NCBI GenBank assembly: GCA_964016885.1
Contig: OZ024743.1
Span: 206,646,001 to 206,710,000 of the forward strand
From: Eledone cirrhosa
Lineage: Eukaryota
DNA: 64,000 bases
Direction of reading: 5' to 3'
A program made the position numbers and the translations under genes. A model generated the notes under the pieces. That model was not told where the DNA came from and ran no database searches. It saw only the letters and a program-made list of their open reading frames with translations. Shown in pieces: positions 42,401 to 57,400 of the stretch (position 1 is the stretch's first letter; each line of letters begins with the position of its first letter).

Positions 42401-45400
42401 ATTTCAAAAATTGATTTTTTTGATGAAAAACCTAAAATTTTCTATTTTTCGAAAAACCTAAAATAATATATTTTTTTCCACTTTTCGAAATATTTCAAAA
42501 ATTGATTTTTTTGATCAAAAACGTAAAATATTCTACTTTTCGAAATATTTCAAAAATTGATTTTTTTTGATGAAAAACCTAAAATAATCTATTTTTTTCT
42601 CCTTTTCGAAATATTTCAAAAATTGATTTTTTTGATCAAAAACCTAAAATATTCTATTTTTCGAAAAACCTAAAATAATCTATTTTTTTCTACTTTTCGA
42701 AATATTTCAAAAATTGATTTTTTTGATAAAAAACGTAAAATATTCTACTTTTCGAAATATTTCAAAAATTGATTTTTTTGATCAAAAACGTAAAATATTC
42801 TATTTTTCGAAAAACCTAAAATAATCTATTTTTTTCCTACTTTTCGAAATATTTCAAAAATTGATTTTTTTGATCAAAAACGTAAAATATTCTACTTTTC
42901 GAAATATTTCAAAAATTGATTTTTTTGATCAAAAACGTAAAATATTCTATTTTTCGAAAAACCTAAAATAATCTATTTTTATCTACTTTTCGAAATATTT
43001 CAAAAATTGATTTTTTTGATCAAAAACGTAAAATATTCTACTTTTCGAAATATTTCAAAAATTGATTTTTTTTGATGAAAAACCTAAAATAATCTATTTT
43101 TTTCTCCTTTTCGAAATATTTCAAAAATTGATTTTTTTGATCAAAAACCTAAAATATTCTATTTTTCGAAAAACCTAAAATAATCTATTTTTTTTCTACT
43201 TTTCGAAATACTTCAAAAATTGATTTTTATGATGAAAAACCTAAAATATTAAATTTTTCGAAAAACCTAAAATAATCTATTTTTTTCTACTTTTCGAAAT
43301 ATTTCAAAAATTGATTTTTTTGATCAAAAACATAAAATATTCTATTTTTCGAAAAACCTAAAATAATCTATTTTTTTCTTCTTTTCGAAATATTTCAAAA
43401 ATTGATTTTTTTGATCAAAAACCTAAAATATTCTATTTTTCGAAAAGCCTAAAATAATCTATTTTTTTTCTACTTTTCGAAATATTTCAAAAATTGATTT
43501 TTTTGATCAAAAACCTAAAATAATCTATTTTTCGAGAAGCCTAAAATAATCTATTTTTTTCCTAATTTTCGAAATATTTCAAAAATTGATTTTTTTGATA
43601 AAAAACCTAAAATATTAAATTTTTCGAAAAACCTAAAATAATCTATTTTTTTCCTAATTTTCGAAATACTTCAAAAATTGATTTTTTTGATAAAAAACCT
43701 AAAATATTAAATTTTTCGAAAAACCTATTTTTTTCCTACTTTTCGAAATATTTCAAAAATTGATTTTTTTGATCAAAAACGTAAAATATTCTACTTTTCG
43801 AAATATTTCAAAAATTGATTTTTTTGATCAAAAACGTAAAATATTCTATTTTTCGAAAAACCTAAAATAATCTATTTTTTTCTACTTTTCGAAATATTTC
43901 AAAAATTGATTTTTTTGATGAAAAACCTAAAATTTTCTATTTTTCGAAAAACCTAAAATAATATATTTTTTTCCACTTTTCGAAATATTTCAAAAATTGA
44001 TTTTTTTGATCAAAAACGTAAAATATTCTACTTTTCGAAATATTTCAAAAATTGATTTTTTTTGATGAAAAACCTAAAATATTCTATTTTTCGAAAAACC
44101 TAAAATAATCTATTTTTTTCTACTTTTCGAAATATTTCAAAAATTGATTTTTTTGATGAAAAACCTAAAATTTTCTATTTTTCGAAAAACCTAAAATAAT
44201 CTATTTTTTTCCACTTTTCGAAATATTTCAAAAATTGATTTTTTTGATCAAAAACCTAAAATATTCTATTTTTCGAGAAGCCTAAAATAATCTATTTTTT
44301 TCCTAATTTTCGAAATATTTCAAAAATTGATTTTTTTGATCAAAAACCTAAAATATTCTATTTTTCGAAAAACCTAAAATAATCTATTTTTTTTCTACTT
44401 TTCGAAATATTTCAATAATTGATTTTTTTGATGAAAAACCTAAAATATTAAATTTTTCGAAAAACCTAAAATAATCTATTTTTTTCCTACTTTTCGAAAT
44501 ATTTCAAAAATTGATTTTTTTGATCAAAAACGTAAAATATTCTACTTTTCGAAATATTTCAAAAATTGATTTTTTTGATCAAAAACCTAAAATATTCTAT
44601 TTTTCGAAAAACCTAAAATAATCTATTTTTTTTCTACTTTTCGAAATATTTCAAAAATTGATTTTTTTGATGAAAAACCTAAAATTTTCTATTTTTCGAA
44701 AAACCTAAAATAATCTATTTTTTTCTACATTTCGAAATATTTCAAAAATTGATTTTTTTGATCAAAAACCTAAGATATTCTATTTTTCGAAAAACCTAAA
44801 ATAATCTATTTTTTTCTCCTTTTCGAAATATTTCAAAAATTGATTTTTTTGATCAAAAACCTAAAATATTCTATTTTTCGAAAAACCTAAAATAATCTAT
44901 TTTTTTCTACTTGACGAAATATTTCAAGAATTGATCAAAAACCTAAAATATTCTATTTTTCGAAAAACCTAAAATAATCTATTTTTTTCCTACTTTTCGA
45001 AATATTTCAAAAATTGATTTTATCGATCAAAAACGTAAAATATTCTACTTTTCGAAATATTTCAAAAATTGATTTTTTTGATAAAAAACCTAAAATATTA
45101 AATTTTTCGAAAAACCTAAAATAATCTATTTTTTTCTACATTTCGAAATATTTCAATAATTGATTTTTTTGATGAAAAACCTAAAATATTAAATTTTTCG
45201 AAAAACCTAAAATAATCTATTTTTTTCCTACTTTTCGAAATATTTCAAAAATTGATTTTTTTGATGAAAAACCTAAAATATTCTACTTTTCGAAATATTT
45301 CAAAAATTGATTTTTTTGATGAAAAACCTAAAATTTTCTATTTTTCGAAAAACCTAAAATAATATATTTTTTTCCACTTTTCGAAATATTTCAAAAATTG

Positions 45401-48400
45401 ATTTTTTTGATCAAAAACGTAAAATATTCTACTTTTCGAAATATTTCAAAAATTGATTTTTTTTGATGAAAAACCTAAAATAATCTATTTTTTTCTCCTT
45501 TTCGAAATATTTCAAAAATTGATTTTTTTGATCAAAAACCTAAAATATTCTATTTTTCGAAAAACCTAAAATAATCTATTTTTTTCTACTTTTCGAAATA
45601 TTTCAAAAATTGATTTTTTTGATAAAAAACGTAAAATATTCTACTTTTCGAAATATTTCAAAAATTGATTTTTTTGATCAAAAACGTAAAATATTCTATT
45701 TTTCGAAAAACCTAAAATAATCTATTTTTTTCCTACTTTTCGAAATATTTCAAAAATTGATTTTTTTGATCAAAAACGTAAAATATTCTACTTTTCGAAA
45801 TATTTCAAAAATTGATTTTTTTGATCAAAAACGTAAAATATTCTATTTTTCGAAAAACCTAAAATAATCTATTTTTATCTACTTTTCGAAATATTTCAAA
45901 AATTGATTTTTTTGATCAAAAACGTAAAATATTCTACTTTTCGAAATATTTCAAAAATTGATTTTTTTTGATGAAAAACCTAAAATAATCTATTTTTTTC
46001 TCCTTTTCGAAATATTTCAAAAATTGATTTTTTTGATCAAAAACCTAAAATATTCTATTTTTCGAAAAACCTAAAATAATCTATTTTTTTTCTACTTTTC
46101 GAAATACTTCAAAAATTGATTTTTATGATGAAAAACCTAAAATATTAAATTTTTCGAAAAACCTAAAATAATCTATTTTTTTCTACTTTTCGAAATATTT
46201 CAAAAATTGATTTTTTTGATCAAAAACATAAAATATTCTATTTTTCGAAAAACCTAAAATAATCTATTTTTTTCTTCTTTTCGAAATATTTCAAAAATTG
46301 ATTTTTTTGATCAAAAACCTAAAATATTCTATTTTTCGAAAAGCCTAAAATAATCTATTTTTTTTCTACTTTTCGAAATATTTCAAAAATTGATTTTTTT
46401 GATCAAAAACCTAAAATAATCTATTTTTCGAGAAGCCTAAAATAATCTATTTTTTTCCTAATTTTCGAAATATTTCAAAAATTGATTTTTTTGATAAAAA
46501 ACCTAAAATATTAAATTTTTCGAAAAACCTAAAATAATCTATTTTTTTCCTAATTTTCGAAATACTTCAAAAATTGATTTTTTTGATAAAAAACCTAAAA
46601 TATTAAATTTTTCGAAAAACCTATTTTTTTCCTACTTTTCGAAATATTTCAAAAATTGATTTTTTTGATCAAAAACGTAAAATATTCTACTTTTCGAAAT
46701 ATTTCAAAAATTGATTTTTTTGATCAAAAACGTAAAATATTCTATTTTTCGAAAAACCTAAAATAATCTATTTTTTTCTACTTTTCGAAATATTTCAAAA
46801 ATTGATTTTTTTGATGAAAAACCTAAAATTTTCTATTTTTCGAAAAACCTAAAATAATATATTTTTTTCCACTTTTCGAAATATTTCAAAAATTGATTTT
46901 TTTGATCAAAAACGTAAAATATTCTACTTTTCGAAATATTTCAAAAATTGATTTTTTTTGATGAAAAACCTAAAATATTCTATTTTTCGAAAAACCTAAA
47001 ATAATCTATTTTTTTCTACTTTTCGAAATATTTCAAAAATTGATTTTTTTGATGAAAAACCTAAAATTTTCTATTTTTCGAAAAACCTAAAATAATCTAT
47101 TTTTTTCCACTTTGCGAAATATTTCAAAAATTGATTTTTTTGATCAAAAACCTAAAATATTCTATTTTTCGAGAAGCCTAAAATAATCTATTTTTTTCCT
47201 AATTTTCGAAATATTTCAAAAATTGATTTTTTTGATCAAAAACCTAAAATATTCTATTTTTCGAAAAACCTAAAATAATCTATTTTTTTTCTACTTTTCG
47301 AAATATTTCAATAATTGATTTTTTTGATGAAAAACCTAAAATATTAAATTTTTCGAAAAACCTAAAATAATCTATTTTTTTCCTACTTTTCGAAATATTT
47401 CAAAAATTGATTTTTTTGATCAAAAACGTAAAATATTCTACTTTTCGAAATATTTCAAAAATTGATTTTTTTGATCAAAAACCTAAAATATTCTATTTTT
47501 CGAAAAACCTAAAATAATCTATTTTTTTTCTACTTTTCGAAATATTTCAAAAATTGATTTTTTTGATGAAAAACCTAAAATTTTCTATTTTTCGAAAAAC
47601 CTAAAATAATCTATTTTTTTCTACATTTCGAAATATTTCAAAAATTGATTTTTTTGATCAAAAACCTAAGATATTCTATTTTTCGAAAAACCTAAAATAA
47701 TCTATTTTTTTCTCCTTTTCGAAATATTTCAAAAATTGATTTTTTTGATCAAAAACCTAAAATATTCTATTTTTCGAAAAACCTAAAATAATCTATTTTT
47801 TTCTACTTGACGAAATATTTCAAGAATTGATCAAAAACCTAAAATATTCTATTTTTCGAAAAACCTAAAATAATCTATTTTTTTCCTACTTTTCGAAATA
47901 TTTCAAAAATTGATTTTATCGATCAAAAACGTAAAATATTCTACTTTTCGAAATATTTCAAAAATTGATTTTTTTGATAAAAAACCTAAAATATTAAATT
48001 TTTCGAAAAACCTAAAATAATCTATTTTTTTCCTACTTTTCGAAATATTTCAAAAATTGATTTTTTTGATAAAAAACCTAAAATATTAAATTTTTCGAAA
48101 AACCTAAAATAATCTATTTTTTTCCTACTTTTCGAAATATTTCAAAAATTGATTTTTTTGATCAAAAACGTAAAATATTCTACTTTTCGAAATATTTCAA
48201 AAATTGATTTTTTTGATCAAAAACGTAAAATATTCTATTTTTCGAAAAACCTAAAATAATCTATTTTTATCTACTTTTCGAAATATTTCAAAAATTGATT
48301 TTTTTGATCAAAAACCTAAAATATTCTATATTTCGAAAAACCTAAAATAATCTATTTTTTTCTACTTTTCGAAATATTTCAAAAATTGATTTTTTTGATG

Positions 48401-51400
48401 AAAAACCTAAAATTTTCTATTTTTCGAAAAACCTAAAATAATATATTTTTTTCCACTTTTCGAAATATTTCAAAAATTGATTTTTTTGATGAAAAACCTA
48501 AAATTTTCTATTTTTCGAAAAACCTAAAATAATATATTTTTTTCCACTTTTCGAAATATTTCAAAAATTGATTTTTTTGATCAAAAACGTAAAATATTCT
48601 ACTTTTCGAAATATTTCAAAAATTGATTTTTTTTGATGAAAAACCTAAAATAATCTATTTTTTTCTTCTTTTCGAAATATTTCAAAAATTGATTTTTTTG
48701 ATCAAAAACCTAAAATATTCTATTTTTCGAAAAACCTAAAATAATCTATTTTTTTCTACTTTTCGAAATATTTCAAAAATTGATTTTTTTGATCAAAAAC
48801 GTAAAATATTCTACTTTTCGAAATATTTCAAAAATTGATTTTTTTTGATGAAAAACCTAAAATAATCTATTTTTTTCTCCTTTTCGAAATATTTCAAAAA
48901 TTGATTTTTTTGATCAAAAACCTAAAATATTCTATTTTTCGAAAAACCTAAAATAATCTATTTTTTTCTACTTTTCGAAATATTTCAAAAATTGATTTTT
49001 TTGATAAAAAACGTAAAATATTCTACTTTTCGAAATATTTCAAAAATTGATTTTTTTGATCAAAAACGTAAAATATTCTATTTTTCGAAAAACCTAAAAT
49101 AATCTATTTTTTTCCTACTTTTCGAAATATTTCAAAAATTGATTTTTTTGATCAAAAACGTAAAATATTCTACTTTTCGAAATATTTCAAAAATTGATTT
49201 TTTTGATCAAAAACGTAAAATATTCTATTTTTCGAAAAACCTAAAATAATCTATTTTTATCTACTTTTCGAAATATTTCAAAAATTGATTTTTTTGATCA
49301 AAAACGTAAAATATTCTACTTTTCGAAATATTTCAAAAATTGATTTTTTTTGATGAAAAACCTAAAATAATCTATTTTTTTCTCCTTTTCGAAATATTTC
49401 AAAAATTGATTTTTTTGATCAAAAACCTAAAATATTCTATTTTTCGAAAAACCTAAAATAATCTATTTTTTTTCTACTTTTCGAAATACTTCAAAAATTG
49501 ATTTTTATGATGAAAAACCTAAAATATTAAATTTTTCGAAAAACCTAAAATAATCTATTTTTTTCTACTTTTCGAAATATTTCAAAAATTGATTTTTTTG
49601 ATCAAAAACATAAAATATTCTATTTTTCGAAAAACCTAAAATAATCTATTTTTTTCTTCTTTTCGAAATATTTCAAAAATTGATTTTTTTGATCAAAAAC
49701 CTAAAATATTCTATTTTTCGAAAAGCCTAAAATAATCTATTTTTTTTCTACTTTTCGAAATATTTCAAAAATTGATTTTTTTGATCAAAAACCTAAAATA
49801 ATCTATTTTTCGAGAAGCCTAAAATAATCTATTTTTTTCCTAATTTTCGAAATATTTCAAAAATTGATTTTTTTGATAAAAAACCTAAAATATTAAATTT
49901 TTCGAAAAACCTAAAATAATCTATTTTTTTCCTAATTTTCGAAATACTTCAAAAATTGATTTTTTTGATAAAAAACCTAAAATATTAAATTTTTCGAAAA
50001 ACCTATTTTTTTCCTACTTTTCGAAATATTTCAAAAATTGATTTTTTTGATCAAAAACGTAAAATATTCTACTTTTCGAAATATTTCAAAAATTGATTTT
50101 TTTGATCAAAAACGTAAAATATTCTATTTTTCGAAAAACCTAAAATAATCTATTTTTTTCTACTTTTCGAAATATTTCAAAAATTGATTTTTTTGATGAA
50201 AAACCTAAAATTTTCTATTTTTCGAAAAACCTAAAATAATATATTTTTTTCCACTTTTCGAAATATTTCAAAAATTGATTTTTTTGATCAAAAACGTAAA
50301 ATATTCTACTTTTCGAAATATTTCAAAAATTGATTTTTTTTGATGAAAAACCTAAAATATTCTATTTTTCGAAAAACCTAAAATAATCTATTTTTTTCTA
50401 CTTTTCGAAATATTTCAAAAATTGATTTTTTTGATGAAAAACCTAAAATTTTCTATTTTTCGAAAAACCTAAAATAATCTATTTTTTTCCACTTTTCGAA
50501 ATATTTCAAAAATTGATTTTTTTGATCAAAAACCTAAAATATTCTATTTTTCGAGAAGCCTAAAATAATCTATTTTTTTCCTAATTTTCGAAATATTTCA
50601 AAAATTGATTTTTTTGATCAAAAACCTAAAATATTCTATTTTTCGAAAAACCTAAAATAATCTATTTTTTTTCTACTTTTCGAAATATTTCAATAATTGA
50701 TTTTTTTGATGAAAAACCTAAAATATTAAATTTTTCGAAAAACCTAAAATAATCTATTTTTTTCCTACTTTTCGAAATATTTCAAAAATTGATTTTTTTG
50801 ATCAAAAACGTAAAATATTCTACTTTTCGAAATATTTCAAAAATTGATTTTTTTGATCAAAAACCTAAAATATTCTATTTTTCGAAAAACCTAAAATAAT
50901 CTATTTTTTTTCTACTTTTCGAAATATTTCAAAAATTGATTTTTTTGATGAAAAACCTAAAATTTTCTATTTTTCGAAAAACCTAAAATAATCTATTTTT
51001 TTCTACATTTCGAAATATTTCAAAAATTGATTTTTTTGATCAAAAACCTAAGATATTCTATTTTTCGAAAAACCTAAAATAATCTATTTTTTTCTCCTTT
51101 TCGAAATATTTCAAAAATTGATTTTTTTGATCAAAAACCTAAAATATTCTATTTTTCGAAAAACCTAAAATAATCTATTTTTTTCTACTTGACGAAATAT
51201 TTCAAGAATTGATCAAAAACCTAAAATATTCTATTTTTCGAAAAACCTAAAATAATCTATTTTTTTCCTACTTTTCGAAATATTTCAAAAATTGATTTTA
51301 TCGATCAAAAACGTAAAATATTCTACTTTTCGAAATATTTCAAAAATTGATTTTTTTGATAAAAAACCTAAAATATTAAATTTTTCGAAAAACCTAAAAT

Positions 51401-54400
51401 AATCTATTTTTTTCTACATTTCGAAATATTTCAATAATTGATTTTTTTGATGAAAAACCTAAAATATTAAATTTTTCGAAAAACCTAAAATAATCTATTT
51501 TTTTCCTACTTTTCGAAATATTTCAAAAATTGATTTTTTTGATGAAAAACCTAAAATATTCTACTTTTCGAAATATTTCAAAAATTGATTTTTTTGATGA
51601 AAAACCTAAAATTTTCTATTTTTCGAAAAACCTAAAATAATATATTTTTTTCCACTTTTCGAAATATTTCAAAAATTGATTTTTTTGATCAAAAACGTAA
51701 AATATTCTACTTTTCGAAATATTTCAAAAATTGATTTTTTTTGATGAAAAACCTAAAATAATCTATTTTTTTCTCCTTTTCGAAATATTTCAAAAATTGA
51801 TTTTTTTGATCAAAAACCTAAAATATTCTATTTTTCGAAAAACCTAAAATAATCTATTTTTTTCTACTTTTCGAAATATTTCAAAAATTGATTTTTTTGA
51901 TAAAAAACGTAAAATATTCTACTTTTCGAAATATTTCAAAAATTGATTTTTTTGATCAAAAACGTAAAATATTCTATTTTTCGAAAAACCTAAAATAATC
52001 TATTTTTTTCCTACTTTTCGAAATATTTCAAAAATTGATTTTTTTGATCAAAAACGTAAAATATTCTACTTTTCGAAATATTTCAAAAATTGATTTTTTT
52101 GATCAAAAACGTAAAATATTCTATTTTTCGAAAAACCTAAAATAATCTATTTTTATCTACTTTTCGAAATATTTCAAAAATTGATTTTTTTGATCAAAAA
52201 CGTAAAATATTCTACTTTTCGAAATATTTCAAAAATTGATTTTTTTTGATGAAAAACCTAAAATAATCTATTTTTTTCTCCTTTTCGAAATATTTCAAAA
52301 ATTGATTTTTTTGATCAAAAACCTAAAATATTCTATTTTTCGAAAAACCTAAAATAATCTATTTTTTTTCTACTTTTCGAAATACTTCAAAAATTGATTT
52401 TTATGATGAAAAACCTAAAATATTAAATTTTTCGAAAAACCTAAAATAATCTATTTTTTTCTACTTTTCGAAATATTTCAAAAATTGATTTTTTTGATCA
52501 AAAACATAAAATATTCTATTTTTCGAAAAACCTAAAATAATCTATTTTTTTCTTCTTTTCGAAATATTTCAAAAATTGATTTTTTTGATCAAAAACCTAA
52601 AATATTCTATTTTTCGAAAAGCCTAAAATAATCTATTTTTTTTCTACTTTTCGAAATATTTCAAAAATTGATTTTTTTGATCAAAAACCTAAAATAATCT
52701 ATTTTTCGAGAAGCCTAAAATAATCTATTTTTTTCCTAATTTTCGAAATATTTCAAAAATTGATTTTTTTGATAAAAAACCTAAAATATTAAATTTTTCG
52801 AAAAACCTAAAATAATCTATTTTTTTCCTAATTTTCGAAATACTTCAAAAATTGATTTTTTTGATAAAAAACCTAAAATATTAAATTTTTCGAAAAACCT
52901 ATTTTTTTCCTACTTTTCGAAATATTTCAAAAATTGATTTTTTTGATCAAAAACGTAAAATATTCTACTTTTCGAAATATTTCAAAAATTGATTTTTTTG
53001 ATCAAAAACGTAAAATATTCTATTTTTCGAAAAACCTAAAATAATCTATTTTTTTCTACTTTTCGAAATATTTCAAAAATTGATTTTTTTGATGAAAAAC
53101 CTAAAATTTTCTATTTTTCGAAAAACCTAAAATAATATATTTTTTTCCACTTTTCGAAATATTTCAAAAATTGATTTTTTTGATCAAAAACGTAAAATAT
53201 TCTACTTTTCGAAATATTTCAAAAATTGATTTTTTTTGATGAAAAACCTAAAATATTCTATTTTTCGAAAAACCTAAAATAATCTATTTTTTTCTACTTT
53301 TCGAAATATTTCAAAAATTGATTTTTTTGATGAAAAACCTAAAATTTTCTATTTTTCGAAAAACCTAAAATAATCTATTTTTTTCCACTTTGCGAAATAT
53401 TTCAAAAATTGATTTTTTTGATCAAAAACCTAAAATATTCTATTTTTCGAGAAGCCTAAAATAATCTATTTTTTTCCTAATTTTCGAAATATTTCAAAAA
53501 TTGATTTTTTTGATCAAAAACCTAAAATATTCTATTTTTCGAAAAACCTAAAATAATCTATTTTTTTTCTACTTTTCGAAATATTTCAATAATTGATTTT
53601 TTTGATGAAAAACCTAAAATATTAAATTTTTCGAAAAACCTAAAATAATCTATTTTTTTCCTACTTTTCGAAATATTTCAAAAATTGATTTTATCGATCA
53701 AAAACGTAAAATATTCTACTTTTCGAAATATTTCAAAAATTGATTTTTTTGATAAAAAACCTAAAATATTAAATTTTTCGAAAAACCTAAAATAATCTAT
53801 TTTTTTCTACATTTCGAAATATTTCAATAATTGATTTTTTTGATGAAAAACCTAAAATATTAAATTTTTCGAAAAACCTAAAATAATCTATTTTTTTCCT
53901 ACTTTTCGAAATATTTCAAAAATTGATTTTTTTGATGAAAAACCTAAAATATTCTACTTTTCGAAATATTTCAAAAATTGATTTTTTTGATGAAAAACCT
54001 AAAATTTTCTATTTTTCGAAAAACCTAAAATAATATATTTTTTTCCACTTTTCGAAATATTTCAAAAATTGATTTTTTTGATCAAAAACGTAAAATATTC
54101 TACTTTTCGAAATATTTCAAAAATTGATTTTTTTTGATGAAAAACCTAAAATAATCTATTTTTTTCTCCTTTTCGAAATATTTCAAAAATTGATTTTTTT
54201 GATCAAAAACCTAAAATATTCTATTTTTCGAAAAACCTAAAATAATCTATTTTTTTCTACTTTTCGAAATATTTCAAAAATTGATTTTTTTGATAAAAAA
54301 CGTAAAATATTCTACTTTTCGAAATATTTCAAAAATTGATTTTTTTGATCAAAAACGTAAAATATTCTATTTTTCGAAAAACCTAAAATAATCTATTTTT

Positions 54401-57400
54401 TTCCTACTTTTCGAAATATTTCAAAAATTGATTTTTTTGATCAAAAACGTAAAATATTCTACTTTTCGAAATATTTCAAAAATTGATTTTTTTGATCAAA
54501 AACGTAAAATATTCTATTTTTCGAAAAACCTAAAATAATCTATTTTTATCTACTTTTCGAAATATTTCAAAAATTGATTTTTTTGATCAAAAACGTAAAA
54601 TATTCTACTTTTCGAAATATTTCAAAAATTGATTTTTTTTGATGAAAAACCTAAAATAATCTATTTTTTTCTCCTTTTCGAAATATTTCAAAAATTGATT
54701 TTTTTGATCAAAAACCTAAAATATTCTATTTTTCGAAAAACCTAAAATAATCTATTTTTTTTCTACTTTTCGAAATACTTCAAAAATTGATTTTTATGAT
54801 GAAAAACCTAAAATATTAAATTTTTCGAAAAACCTAAAATAATCTATTTTTTTCTACTTTTCGAAATATTTCAAAAATTGATTTTTTTGATCAAAAACAT
54901 AAAATATTCTATTTTTCGAAAAACCTAAAATAATCTATTTTTTTCTTCTTTTCGAAATATTTCAAAAATTGATTTTTTTGATCAAAAACCTAAAATATTC
55001 TATTTTTCGAAAAGCCTAAAATAATCTATTTTTTTTCTACTTTTCGAAATATTTCAAAAATTGATTTTTTTGATCAAAAACCTAAAATAATCTATTTTTC
55101 GAGAAGCCTAAAATAATCTATTTTTTTCCTAATTTTCGAAATATTTCAAAAATTGATTTTTTTGATAAAAAACCTAAAATATTAAATTTTTCGAAAAACC
55201 TAAAATAATCTATTTTTTTCCTAATTTTCGAAATACTTCAAAAATTGATTTTTTTGATAAAAAACCTAAAATATTAAATTTTTCGAAAAACCTATTTTTT
55301 TCCTACTTTTCGAAATATTTCAAAAATTGATTTTTTTGATCAAAAACGTAAAATATTCTACTTTTCGAAATATTTCAAAAATTGATTTTTTTGATCAAAA
55401 ACGTAAAATATTCTATTTTTCGAAAAACCTAAAATAATCTATTTTTTTCTACTTTTCGAAATATTTCAAAAATTGATTTTTTTGATGAAAAACCTAAAAT
55501 TTTCTATTTTTCGAAAAACCTAAAATAATATATTTTTTTCCACTTTTCGAAATATTTCAAAAATTGATTTTTTTGATCAAAAACGTAAAATATTCTACTT
55601 TTCGAAATATTTCAAAAATTGATTTTTTTTGATGAAAAACCTAAAATATTCTATTTTTCGAAAAACCTAAAATAATCTATTTTTTTCTACTTTTCGAAAT
55701 ATTTCAAAAATTGATTTTTTTGATGAAAAACCTAAAATTTTCTATTTTTCGAAAAACCTAAAATAATCTATTTTTTTCCACTTTGCGAAATATTTCAAAA
55801 ATTGATTTTTTTGATCAAAAACCTAAAATATTCTATTTTTCGAGAAGCCTAAAATAATCTATTTTTTTCCTAATTTTCGAAATATTTCAAAAATTGATTT
55901 TTTTGATCAAAAACCTAAAATATTCTATTTTTCGAAAAACCTAAAATAATCTATTTTTTTTCTACTTTTCGAAATATTTCAATAATTGATTTTTTTGATG
56001 AAAAACCTAAAATATTAAATTTTTCGAAAAACCTAAAATAATCTATTTTTTTCCTACTTTTCGAAATATTTCAAAAATTGATTTTTTTGATCAAAAACGT
56101 AAAATATTCTACTTTTCGAAATATTTCAAAAATTGATTTTTTTGATCAAAAACCTAAAATATTCTATTTTTCGAAAAACCTAAAATAATCTATTTTTTTT
56201 CTACTTTTCGAAATATTTCAAAAATTTATTTTTTTGATGAAAAACCTAAAATTTTCTATTTTTCGAAAAACCTAAAATAATCTATTTTTTTCTACATTTC
56301 GAAATATTTCAAAAATTGATTTTTTTGATCAAAAACCTAAGATATTCTATTTTTCGAAAAACCTAAAATAATCTATTTTTTTCTCCTTTTCGAAATATTT
56401 CAAAAATTGATTTTTTTGATCAAAAACCTAAAATATTCTATTTTTCGAAAAACCTAAAATAATCTATTTTTTTCTACTTGACGAAATATTTCAAGAATTG
56501 ATCAAAAACCTAAAATATTCTATTTTTCGAAAAACCTAAAATAATCTATTTTTTTCCTACTTTTCGAAATATTTCAAAAATTGATTTTATCGATCAAAAA
56601 CGTAAAATATTCTACTTTTCGAAATATTTCAAAAATTGATTTTTTTGATAAAAAACCTAAAATATTAAATTTTTCGAAAAACCTAAAATAATCTATTTTT
56701 TTCCTACTTTTCGAAATATTTCAAAAATTGATTTTTTTGATAAAAAACCTAAAATATTAAATTTTTCGAAAAACCTAAAATAATCTATTTTTTTCCTACT
56801 TTTCGAAATATTTCAAAAATTGATTTTTTTGATCAAAAACGTAAAATATTCTACTTTTCGAAATATTTCAAAAATTGATTTTTTTGATCAAAAACGTAAA
56901 ATATTCTATTTTTCGAAAAACCTAAAATAATCTATTTTTATCTACTTTTCGAAATATTTCAAAAATTGATTTTTTTGATCAAAAACCTAAAATATTCTAT
57001 ATTTCGAAAAACCTAAAATAATCTATTTTTTTCTACTTTTCGAAATATTTCAAAAATTGATTTTTTTGATGAAAAACCTAAAATTTTCTATTTTTCGAAA
57101 AACCTAAAATAATATATTTTTTTCCACTTTTCGAAATATTTCAAAAATTGATTTTTTTGATGAAAAACCTAAAATTTTCTATTTTTCGAAAAACCTAAAA
57201 TAATATATTTTTTTCCACTTTTCGAAATATTTCAAAAATTGATTTTTTTGATCAAAAACGTAAAATATTCTACTTTTCGAAATATTTCAAAAATTGATTT
57301 TTTTTGATGAAAAACCTAAAATAATCTATTTTTTTCTTCTTTTCGAAATATTTCAAAAATTGATTTTTTTGATCAAAAACCTAAAATATTCTATTTTTCG